Part shown: piece after piece, positions 13,879 through 25,701 of the stretch | How the letters are laid out: each line of letters starts with the position of its first letter | How positions within the stretch are numbered: position 1 is the stretch's first letter | Source of the DNA: Paraspadella gotoi | Taxonomy: Eukaryota; Animalia; Chaetognatha | Direction: 5' to 3' | DNA length: 64,000 bases | NCBI GenBank assembly: GCA_051294375.1 | Contig: CM119265.1 | Location: forward strand, 17,201,172 to 17,265,171 | Program-made: the position numbers and the translations under genes | Notes under the pieces: model-generated | What the model was told of the DNA's origin: nothing | Databases searched by the model: none | The model's input: the letters and a program-made list of their open reading frames with translations, nothing else

Positions 13879-15088
13879 TTGTTAAATATTTCTCATAATT
13901 TTGATTTGGAGTGTGTTTGTTTTTATGTTTGTTTTTTGTTTGTTTAGTTTTTTTAGTCTTTTTTGTGTTGTCGCTAATTCCTTTAAAATTCTCTTAGAAT
14001 TCCTTTAAAATTATTAAGTAGTTTGTTTTATCAATCATTCGCCTGCTATCATAAATTGCTCTTTTTCGGGCTCGATTTCGTCTCTTTGCCATGTACTGTT
14101 GATTTTGGATTTTTTGCATTCATAACAGAAGGATATCAGTCTGGTTATATTAATATTTATCTACGTGCCTTATTTGTATTATTTATTTACTTAATTTTCT
14201 TTATGTAATAATTATTATTTAAATCTATGTAATAATTATTTACATACTACATACATGCATGCTTAAAAATGGGACTTGTCTTCGTCAACATTTTTTTGTT
14301 AGAACCGCGGTATTGCTAAATCTTGTGAGATTTCTCCACATTAATGTGCTTTAACTTTTGTCCAATTTTTTTTTTTAAATTTGTCTTCTATTGCATCATT
14401 ATAATTGAATAAGAAAGCATATTGTACGAGTTTTTATTCTAGAGACATGACTTACCTTCCGGGTTTCAGAGAAGCTACAACAATAACAATGGTCTGAAAA
14501 CGCTGTCAGACGAAGAGACATCCGGACTTAACCTCATCAAAAAAGGCCACTTCCCTTCTTCAAAAGGAAAGTTGCTCTATCGAAGCGTCATGGCGCACTT
14601 ACGGGTTCATGATTCATTCAATCAATCATACTATCTTTTTTTTTTTTAAAGATGGTACGGTAGAACAACGATATAATAAACAAAGTTTATATAAGCTTCT
14701 GGTGATTTTATTCAAAATTAACGAAATTTTAAGATATTTAAAAATGTATTTTTAATATTCCGATTGCTTAATGACTTTGGTCTAAAGTAGAGCTCGGAAA
14801 CAAAACCAAATAAGTAGAGACTTTAAATTCCGTCAAACTTGCGCGCCTTTTTCACCGCCCGGTCCGAACCCTGCTAAACTCTACTATGACCTTCAAACAC
14901 CAACTTCTTTCACGCTTTTACTTCTGTGCTCCTCTATCGCAGTCCTCGTCCCTTTTTATTGTCTCCCCGGCTGCTCACTCGCAATCTTCATCCCTCACTT
15001 TGGTCTCCTTTTCTTTTTCTCACCTTTCTATTAAAAGTTTTTTCGTCCCCGTATGAAGTTCAAATGTCTTCTTCTCTTTCTTTCTCTC

Positions 15089-15120
<32 letters not shown>

Positions 15121-15237
15121 TTTTCTTTTTTTCTTTCTTTCTTTTTCTTTTTTTCTTTTTTTCTTTTTTCTTTTTTTCTTTTTTTTCTTTTTTTTTTCTT
15201 CTTTCTTTCTTTCTTTCTTTCTTTCTTCTTTCTTCTT

Positions 15238-15268
<31 letters not shown>

Positions 15269-16527
15269 CTCTCTTCTCTCTCTCTCTCTCTCTCTTTCTC
15301 ACGTTGAACGAATCCTTTTCGACCCCGAAAGATTCTTAGATTTTTAGATTTACGAATGACGGAACCCCGAAAAAAAAAGACTGTCGCGGAGCGCGGTCGG
15401 GTGTCGCGTCGTGACGGGACGTCGCGCGGGAAGCGGGGTCCCCGGGGAAAAAGTCATTAGTCGAAGGCGCGGGGGCGATTTGGTTCGGCTTCTCGTTCTC
15501 ACGCTCGAGTGAAGAGAGAGAGCGAGAGCGAGAGAAACTCTTGACGAATGAAGCAGACGAATGTAGAAACGGACTTGGGCTCTGGTTTTAGGGTTTAGGT
15601 TGATTAAGACGATTAGGATGATTAAGACGTCGAACATGGAGTTTAATAATCAGACCTAAGAATTTCTCAAATGTTAATTGTGAACAAACTTTATCGGTTA
15701 CCACGAAGATGATCGGTTGAGGGAAAAAAAAGCTGTTGGACGCAATAAGGAAAACTCTTGTCGAATGAATTCGGAGAAGAGAAAAAAAAATTCTATGGTC
15801 GAGTCGATGCGTTATCTGTCGAAGCGCGAATATGCAAATGGGAAATTCATTTCGAGCTACTCTTGAGATAACGTGCCAAGCGAAGCTGAGAGAGAGCGAG
15901 AGGGCAAAAATGGAAGCGATTCGAAACTGGATGTGGAAATGTGCAAGAGGTCAAAACGGAGAAGGTAAAATAATGAAGACCGAACAACAAAGGCAGATAT
16001 GACTAGCGAACCAGTAGTTCATACTACGGGTATTGAAGATCATGGCGTAGAACGAGAATATTTTGTCAAGTGTAAAGTCATGGGGACAATTCAGAGCTAG
16101 AGAGGATTCAGTAATTTTCTTATCTTTCTTCCAAAATTATTTGAAGAAATTCTGGAAGAAGATCTTGGTTGCCTTTTCGCTACTCTCCTCAAATAACGAC
16201 GACGTGATTGCTCTGACAGAAAATCCGAAACATTTTTCTTTCCCTCGTTTTTTATTTTTATCCGCATTTCTTTTTCTTTTCTTTTTTTTCTTTTCTTTTA
16301 TTTCTTTTACCCTTTAATTTTTTTTGCGTGTATGACCGTAAAGTGTACGCTGTACGTGCTTTCGTCTCCCTCTGAATGTGTACGCGCGTCGTCTTGCTCT
16401 TTTTTCTTCACTTTTTCTGGTTTCCTTTTTTTCTCTTTCAACGAAGATGGAGAAATCGTGAATCGAATAGTCGGGGCTGAAGAGACAAGTGATGAAAGGA
16501 AAGATGAATAGCAGGGAGGAGAGAGAG

Positions 16528-16563
<36 letters not shown>

Positions 16564-16564
16564 T

Positions 16565-16605
<41 letters not shown>

Positions 16606-19600
16606 GAGACGAGATGAGATTATGATTCATTTCATTCGTAGACGGAAGCGAAGTTTCGTCTGACACGGTCCTCCCATTCTCCTTTGATTCCATTTCCTAT
16701 TATTTTTTTTTTGCCGATGTCTCCTTTCTTAGATGACGTTTGTTGCTGCCTGCGTCGTCTATTACGTCAAGATGAAATGGAATATTTCTATTTTTTTCCC
16801 CGATGAAATATTGACAAGAAAAATGAAACCCGTCTTGACAAAATGAAACGGGTCACGATTGTCAACTATTGCCAACGCCGTTTTCACGTTGTCGAGGAAA
16901 CGCGGATTTCCAGTTGTCATGGAAACGCCGCCTCAAGCCGTTGCGACGGCAAGGCCGACTGGCAATCGGCGAAATTCGATCATAAGGGAAGATAACTGGT
17001 TTAGCAGAGGGAAGCCTCGATTGAAAGATGCGAGGAAGGAAGGATGGAGAGGGCAGGGAGAGGACAGCGAAGGTCGGAAAGAAGGGAGAGAAGAAAGAAG
17101 AAAGAAGGAACGCGAAATTATTTGGAAAGTTTGAAAAGAGACAGAAGAAATTGCAAATGTAATTATGTACATCTAATTAATTAATGCAGAAAACATTTTT
17201 TTTACATTTGTTCGTGAACAGGAGACGATACCGAGGCTGCTTTGAAGAAAAAGAGTCGTCGCCCGATTAAAAAATAAAGCTTAGAGAATCCAGGGATTAA
17301 CGAGCGAGAAGGTTTGATGGCGTGAGAATCAGGAATATGGGGGTAAGTCTCGGCTTGGGAGAGGGTGGAGAGTGGGTGTAGTGATTCATTCTGGGGAGGA
17401 GACCTCGGTCCGAGCAAACAATCTCCCTTCTGCATTTTTATTAAATCCTTTCGCGTTAAAAAAATACAACTAGGGTAAAAAAAAAACCCACAGGGGAAAC
17501 AATCGTGGCCGTTTTCTCTGGGGCTTTGTTGTTCCGCGTTATTTACAGCAAGAAATCAAAACAAAAGTCCGCTTCTGATATTTTTTTTACCCGCCAGATG
17601 ACGTGGAGGAGAACGCGAGACGAAAACTCAACTTTATTTAATTGTATTTCTATTTTTGATGTCAACGAACTTTGCTTTTCATTTTTCCCGAAACTAACTA
17701 ACTAGGAACTTCAACTCTTCCTACTCTCATTAGTCTATTTTACTTCGTACGAACGAATAAAAGGTAAATGTCTATCAAACGATTTCCTCTCGCCTCGATA
17801 AACTTTTCTGCATTACGCTCGACTTTCTCACCTTCGTTTATGGCGATGGTTCCGCTTTTATATTTTGATTCTCTTTCAGCCTCCATATATCCGCTTCCAT
17901 ATATACGCCTCCATATATCCGCTTCAATCTTCCTGCTTTTATCTCCGCTTTTGTCTTTTCTTTCTCTATCTCTTTTTAACTTCCATTATTTTTTCCGCAT
18001 CCGTCCATGCTTCTTTTTCTCTTTCTTTTTTTTCGTTTTTCTGTTTTTCTCTTTCACTGAAATAACAGTCGCCTTCATCCCCAACGTTCTACGATTAGTC
18101 TCGAATAGTAAACAATCATTTCTCAGTTTCTGCTTTCCTCTCTTCCTCTATCATCGCTTCCATATCAGGTTTCATCGCTTCCACCGCAGTTGACGGTGTC
18201 GTGATTGATCTCGCCCCATTACTTCCACGCTTCTCGTCAGTTTTACACCTCGGACTTACCCGCTCTTCCCCCATCCTCCCCCTACCCACCTTTCTCTCTC
18301 TCCCATGTCAAACCGGCGTCATCCGTCATTTGAAAAAAAAAACTTCTTTCGTATCACTTAACCTCACCCGTCATTCCTCCTTTCATCTCTTTCCCGTCGC
18401 CACGTACGCCACGTACGCCGTCGTACGGGCATTCATCCCGTCGACTCCCACTTTTAGCGACTTTTCCTTTTCCGTTCTCTTTATTTTACTTTCCCTTTCC
18501 TCGTTTCGCCTTTGTGAGATGACAACGAAAAGTCAGTGGCCCGGAAACAAAAATCAACATCGACGTTACAATCGTCGTCCTATTTTTCGACGTTCCAACC
18601 GTTGTCATTTTTGGTCAGTATCTTCGTCGGGTCGACCTGAAAATGAAAATGGTATTAACCGAAAACTTAAAAGTTTGACTGTATTTTACTAAAAGAGAAA
18701 TAAACTAAAAAAAAAATTATCTAAAAAAAAAAGACCAAAATAAAAGCAATAATTATAATTTTTGATTAATTCGCTTGTTTAAATAACTAATTAGTACTTT
18801 CCCTCTTTCTTTTTCTTTTCTTTTCCTCTATATATCCCGGCTAAAAGAAACCTCTCGGCTTTCGTCATAATGTTTCCCCCATACAAACCACGCCCCCACC
18901 CCCACCCCCCAAATCGAAGCGCTTTACTTTTTGAGTCGATTGAGACGCTTTGATAAATCCACCGTGAGACTTAACAACATCGACGACGGCGCCAAAGACG
19001 CCATCTGGATCGCGTCCCGGAAGGAGACGATTACTCGAGTAATGGGTTCGCTCGGGAGTTTCGTGCAGAGCAGCTCGGGCGGTATAATGGACACGTCGAA
19101 AGACTCGGGCGGCAAATGTGGAATATATGCGGTTCGAGAGGAAATATGGAGAAGAGAGGAATGAGAGAGAATAGGATTAGTATTACTATTAGTCTTCTAC
19201 TTTTTTTTTGTAGTCCTTTATCCTTTCTCGTAATAGTCTCGTTATCATTCAAAAGTAAACATCAATATTAAATATTGAATAGTTATCAAGTTTTAGAGTT
19301 GTTAGTTTTTCTTTCTTCTGTGACATGTTCTATTCGTCCCCCCGCAATCCCACCGGCGTCAATTTCATCGTCGTCACCTTCATCGTCGACGTCGCAGCCG
19401 TGTAATTTCCTTTTCATCCTCTCTCTTGACCTTGTCGATCGTCGTTTATGGCCATTGGCCAAGACTGTCATCTTTTTCGCCATCCTCGAACACAAGTTTC
19501 GTCGTCTACGTCACGGTCGTAAGCGTCATCGTTTGGAAAGTTTCAATCGTTCTTTTTATTCGCTTTTCTAAAGTTAGGACTCCATAAACTAGCAAACTAA

Positions 19601-21394
19601 AAAAAAACTCCCAAAATAAAAACGGCAAAAATAATTTATTATGTAACTTTGTAAGAAATGTAAAGATTTGATTTTGAATGTCGAAAAGGTGGCTTTCTAT
19701 GAATTCAGCGGATAAAATGCTAACCATTGATCACATGCTTAGCAGCGGAGATTGGCCGTTCATCCGGTTTTGAATCTCGAAATCATCGAGAGATGCAAAA
19801 AAAAATCGTAATCACAAAATCAGTAATCCGCGTCTTCGTCGTCATCAACGAGGAGAATCAGCGAATCGCCCCAATTTCGACCTTGAGAATTTCGCCGGCA
19901 CGAAAAAGGACGCTCCGACCTCTGCGCAGAAAATGATGCAAAGACCTCGACACAGGAAATTACGACATGACCCGCGCGCAGAAAATGACTTGAGGATCTG
20001 GGCGGGAAATTAAGCAGCGACTTGCTAGCGCGCTGAAAAGAATGCAACGAGATGTCAGGAAAAGCGAGACGTCCTTTAACGGTATTTAGTTTTACACTTT
20101 TGCATTATTAGTTTTATAATATATTTAAGCGCTTTCATTCGAATGCAACATGGTTAATTTAGTACAATCATCAATAACATACAAAACCATGCAACAAACA
20201 AACAATTCTGCATTCTGTATTCTGCATTCTTATTATATATAATTAGGGCAGAAGAACTGATCGTTAAGTTATTATTAAGACAGGAACTGGAAATCGATTA
20301 TAAGTAAATCACTGGATGTTTTAAATAATTTATTTATACATTTAAAATTTCTTTTTTTTTAAATTTGAACGTCTCCCTCCCTAAAAAATTTGAGTTGGAC
20401 TTCGACCAATGAAATGACCGGAGATCAAGTTATCACGATTGAAGCGAAGGAGGGAACGATATGTCACGTGACCATGCGTGATCCAAGGGTCAAGCTCCAA
20501 CGATTGAGCGTGAGAAAATCACACGAGGCATGAAAGATCGAGGTTCGTGGATTTGTTTTGACATTTGCTCGTAAAAACTAACAAAATATTTATTAAAAGG
20601 CGCGGGTGAAATGTCAACAAAGATTAAACACTATGTATGTGTAATTATGTATTTATCCAAGAATTCACAGACGAAAATTACTTGACAAATTGAAAAAATT
20701 AGGGCGGGTTCAAAGAAAATAAGCAGGAAGGGGGAAAAAAAGGAGAAGATATTGATATTGAAAAACGAAAGTGCGAGCTTTAGGCTAGTACTTTAAACTG
20801 AGAAGAAAAACCCGACTGAGAGCAATAAAACGTATGTATGTATTGTATAATTGAGGGGAAGAAACAGGAGAGGAGAAGCCAGAATTGCATAAGTCATAAT
20901 AGAAAATGGGAGGGAAAATTACAGGTGAGGCGAGATGAGATAAAAAGTTGCAATTCATCGCGATAAATTGTATTTCGACAAAGTCTTAAAGGTTTTATTT
21001 CATGATATAAGAACGCAATTGTCTCGTAATTGCTACTTTGTTTACCGTACAGACGGACAGTTTTAAAGCTTAATGCGGACATCTGTTGTTTCGCAAGTTG
21101 GAATTGCAAGTTTGGAAATCGTATTTATCCAAATTTTTCTTTTCTTTCTCTCTCCAAAAAAAATTCAAATTTTAAAGACTAAACACATAGGAAAATATGA
21201 AAAAAAAACAGAAGTAATAATACAAGTAACCATATAGATATACAAACTTTTAAAACATTAATATAATTCGGCATCTTAAAAAATAAACAAAAGACTCATT
21301 GTGAATTGACAGATGGCAAAATTACGTCAATTTTTTAACAGTATCTATCCATTTAACGAGAAAGACACCTGGTTTTTTCTCGTCTTTAAATACT

Positions 21395-21401
21395 TATAAA
21401 A
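21395..21401 (+). promoter_or_regulatory. TATA box of the orphan secreted-protein gene
   Basis: TATAAAA ~70 bp upstream of ATG 21470. Confidence 0.4.
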
Positions 21402-21469
21402 CCAGTCAGTTTTTATTTTTTGCCTTTTCAATAATTTCGTTCCGTGTCGAAACACTTATAATATAAAAA

Positions 21470-23554
21470 ATGAAAATCCTTTTCGTCCTAGTTTTGGTGG
21501 CTTTGAGCGTCAACAGCCTTTCGGCTTCTGTCATTCCAGAGAATCAATTTCGGGTAGACAAGAAATGGCAAAAGACAACAACAAGACTAGGGGTATCCCC
21601 ACTCAATGGGGTGCAGGGGCGGCGAGAGAAATGGCGGGCCCCCCCCACTGGCCCCCTGGCCGACACCCCCCACAGGCCCCCTGGCCGGCCCCCCCTGTTC
21701 TCCATAATTTTTGTTTTTAGTTTTCGATTACCGACTTTCTGCTTTGAGAATTGCTCCAGTGCTCAAACTTCTGCCTCCTCTTCTTTTTTCTTCTTCTTTT
21801 CTTTTTTTCTTTTTTCTTTCCTACTTTTTTCTCTCTTCTCAGGGCCATCCTGGGGGCGAATGAAACCCCCCTCTCGCCGCCCCTAATGGGGTGAGTAAAA
21901 AATTTCGGATGATTCCATGCTCAAACGAAAATTTCTACAATTTTAACTATACTTTCAAAGGACAAAACATTTCTTATATGGCTCTATACACAAATAATTA
22001 TTTTTATAATATTTATTAATATTTAATGATTTGATCCCCTTTTTGAGTTACTTTTACTTTCCCTGACCGGGGTTAGGGTTGGGGGTGGTTAGGGATAAAA
22101 GGGTTTAGGGTTAGGGTAATCAGATAATTTTTTTTTAAGTTTTTTTTTAATATAAGTATTTTTAAATGGTTTTTCAAAACCGCGTTTGGTGAAATTAAAA
22201 TTTAGCAAACTTTTTTATATTTTCACTTAGAAAACGGAATTTTTAAAAGTAATTATATTTCTATAATTATATATAATAGCAATTTTTAAAAGCTATAATT
22301 TTATTTCCCCGTTTAATTTTTTATGCTCGATCAGAATCAGAATCTGAATCTGGTCTTAAAATTTAAAATTTCCTCAAAATTATTTTGGACTTTCCTATCT
22401 ATAAATAAATATTAAAAAATTAATTACTATGGTATAGAGCCATATGAGAAATTTTTTGTCTATTGAAAGTATACTTAAAAATGTATAAATTTTTGTTTGA
22501 GCATGTACTCGCTCTAAATTTTTGACTTCCCACATAGACGAGACAAGACGTAGACCTGAGAAATATTTTTTTCTCTAGTTAAAAAGAGGTGGAATTTAAA
22601 AAAAACTTTTGACTAACGAATTTGTAATTTGTTCCATTAAAATTTAAAAAATAGGCAGTTTTAAGACAATCCTATCCAAATTGGAGGAATCGGGAGTTAA
22701 AATTTTTTCATACAACTATAATAGAGTTCACTAAGTGAAGATTAAAGACGTTTCTCGGTTTCTTTAAAATTAGGAGGTGCGAGGCGAGAAGGACGTTTTG
22801 ACGGACGAAGAAATTGCAAAAATCATCATCGACGTTATTGACGCCGAGGGGAACGTCGAGAAATACGGCATCATCTCAGTCATCACTCAACTCCCGGGTC
22901 TCATCAAGCAGTTTAAGCCGATTCTCTCGCGATACCTGGTCAGTATTCATAATTATTAATTATAACTATCGTATGACTATAAGGGGGAAACGTATAGGAG
23001 AGTGGGGAAGTAATGGAGAGCGAGACTGGAAAGAAGTAGCTTTCTAAACTTTAATGCTTTAAATTACAAAAAGCTTTATTATTTATACTTTTAGGACATC
23101 ATCCGAGACAACAATCTGAGTTTTGCTCAAAAACTAAGCAAAATCTGGGAAGCAACAAAGGAACAAATGGTTCCAATCATCAAGGTAAAATGATGGAATT
23201 TACTAATTAGTTCAGAAAATGTTCTATACATTAAACAATTTTCAGGTAAGGTACAAGTTTCATTAATTCTGATCAATGATATAAAAATTAATTTTAAATT
23301 TTAAAGCATGACTTTTAATAATTGTTGCGTATGTAACACTATGTATTCATAAATACAGAGAGTTGGTCACTCCCGAGTTCTTTTTTTACTGCTATTTTTA
23401 ACTACTTTTTACGCTGACTATATCTCAGAATGTTCACGAGTCACGACTCCGATTTCCATTGAATTTAAAAGCTAATTGTATTTTTTTTTCTTAGATTGTC
23501 GGAAGCGCTGCCGCGAAGGCAATTTTGGGCAACCTGATTTCTGCTGCGGCATGA
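21470..23554 (+). CDS. Orphan secreted amphipathic helical protein, 132 aa; exons 21470-21553, 22774-22938, 23095-23184, 23495-23554
   Basis: Signal peptide MKILFVLVLVALSVNSLSA; three phase-0 GT-AG introns; product ends ...GNVEKYGIISVITQLPGLIKQFKPILSRYLDIIRDNNLSFAQKLSKIWEATKEQMVPIIKIVGSAAAKAILGNLISAAA*. Confidence 0.8.
21588..22535. mobile_element. Foldback/MITE-like element with ~90-bp inverted arms (21897-21990 vs 22433-22522) and internal TTAGGG-like repeats
   Basis: The arms are reverse complements. The same left end (taggggta.cc...gctcaaacgaaaattt) recurs at ~54049-54200. Confidence 0.6.
21614..21885. mobile_element. hAT-type MITE
   Basis: TIR CAGGGGCGGCGAGAG / CTCTCGCCGCCCCTA; perfect 8-bp TSD ATGGGGTG (21606-21613, 21886-21893). 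Confidence 0.85.
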
Positions 23555-24378
23555 AAGAACATGGTTTTAAACGTAAAATACTAAAAAAAAAAACAATTCT
23601 AGCTTAGTAAATTGTTAAAATGATATTAAACGATGTCTCTCTTTTAATTTAACTGAATTAATATAAAAGGATTGAACGAAAAAATTTTTTTTTGATTACA
23701 ACATTTACATGCGTACGCATACTTATCACCAGGATAAGTAAAATAAAGAAGTCAGAAATGTTTTAGTACAAGCAGCTTGTCATTTTAATAAATAATTTTT
23801 ACGCAAAGTCGTATTGGAGTTTTTTTCCTACATTACCATCCATGGATAACATTTGAAAAAAAGAAAAAAAATAGTCACACTAACAATTTATCACAGAGTT
23901 TGAAAAAATTATTAGCAACATTCTGAACAAATACCGGATCCTCAGAGTCAGATATCAAAAGAAATTATCCTAAGTACTTAACTGGCGAATAAATATATAC
24001 CGAACCTTATTTACAAATTATGCTTTTGAAAATACCACAAATAGACGGAAGGCCAGAATTAGAAAAAAAAAAGTTTTAAGTCAAAATGGTGCGAAAAATC
24101 TCGAAGAGGATTAAATCTTATTTCTGGTTTAAAATAAAAAAATTCCCTTTTTTAACCAAAAAAAAAAAAAAATCGAAAAAAGGAAAAGAGATTTTCAGCT
24201 TTTTTTCGAACGTTTCTTTTTGTCGTTTTTGGATTCCCCGGATTTTTTGGATTCCAACTCCTTCTCCCTCGCCTCCTTTTCCTTCTGCCTCTTTTTCACC
24301 TGAAAATACAATTTTAAGACTTAAAAGGATTTAATAATTAAAATACGCCCGTGAACAATTAAAAAGGTTGACAGTTAA

Positions 24379-25257
24379 GGGGACCCAGTGATAAAAATGA
24401 TATCATAAGCTTAAGGGTCTATCATCAAAGGAATTTGAATGGTGATAGTCATTAATTTTTCTTTGCACGGGAAAGTAGCTAAAAAATTCCTATCTCTTAT
24501 TGTAACGGAAACAAAAATTTAATAATTAAGAAAAAAAAATTTAGTTGATCCCACCTAAATATGTATATGATCTATTATTTCATTTTTGTATTCGAAAATA
24601 TTTTTTACTAAATTCCAAATTTTTAATTTTTATTGTACAAAGCTACAATTTTAGGTTTAAGCCTCATTGAACAAAGGCTTTATAAGACTAATATTTTTTT
24701 ATTTTTATATTCACTTCAAAGCAGAAAAATCAAACCTAAATTCTATTCTTACAGAAACAAAACTGTAATAACTATTAATTAATATTCATATTCATCCCTT
24801 AAATGTATTATTAAATTATATTTATTCCTAATTATAATAATTAAAAATTTAGCAAAAGTACAGAACCTTTCTCTTCTATTTATATTTATATTATTTCTAA
24901 GGGTTTTATTTTTATCCAATTAACAGAATCCTTTAAAAAAAAGTTTAAATAAAATCAGTCGATACCTTAAATTTTGATTCATTCCGAATTTTTTTTTGTT
25001 ATAAATTTTTGTAATAAAAGCTGAAAATCTTTTTAAAATTAGATCTTACCCTTTTTTAGAAAAAAAATTTTAAATTTGAAAAAGATTTTCTTCTTACCGA
25101 TTTTTTAAAGAAAATTAAGCTAGCTGATTATATCGAATTTTTAAACTACTTTCCCAAATGATTATAGAAAAAAGAATCATATAATCAGAAATAGCTTAAG
25201 TTAAAGGGTCAAACGTTATGCTTTCAGCTTTCTAGCCCCCCTGGTCACTTGGTCCCC
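24379..25257. mobile_element. Non-autonomous TTAA-targeting DNA transposon (Kolobok-like, GG termini)
   Basis: TTAA-GGGGACCCAGTGA ... TCACTTGGTCCCC-TTAA; 13-bp TIR with 1 mismatch. Confidence 0.7.
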
Positions 25258-25370
25258 TTAAGAAGCATTTTCTTGACACTTGCCTTCCATGGAAAAAAAA
25301 AGACAAAGAAAAAGAAAAGAAAAAGAGTAAAACTAAGAGAGAAAGAGGGAGAACCACCCCAATAGCTCTG

Positions 25371-25690
25371 TTGCGCTAAGTGGGCTGAAGACATCTATCC
25401 GTTATCTTCTGTGCCCCCTCAGCAGCAATGGAACGGTTCCTGGGCAAAGAATTAGACTTGAGGGTTTTCCAGGCCCCCAAGTCTGTTTATTAGAGTGATG
25501 TGAAAATGATGTTTATGCTGAAAATGCTGTTTATGGCCGTCCTCACGCTTCCCGCAGAATAGGCACCATTGGGTCTCGATCCCGGTCATGAGCTGATGTT
25601 ATTACTCATTGAGCCACCGGGTCACGACTGAAGGTGACATGCTTATAGGCGGTGTTAACAACTGAACATATTGCAATGCCCGACTACAGT
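25371..25690 (-). mobile_element. Family D repeat, degenerate copy (tRNA-like head + decayed twister)
   Basis: Aligns by eye with 56527-56700. Minus strand has A-box-like TGGCTCAATG, B-box-like GGATCGAGACC, then GCGT-GA-GGA-CGGCCA-TAA-ACA-GC. Confidence 0.55.
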
Positions 25691-25701
25691 TCTATCATTT
25701 C

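Noticed and set aside
12008-18692. ORFs of ER, LS, F and K runs
   Set aside because: Translations of microsatellites and poly-T tracts.
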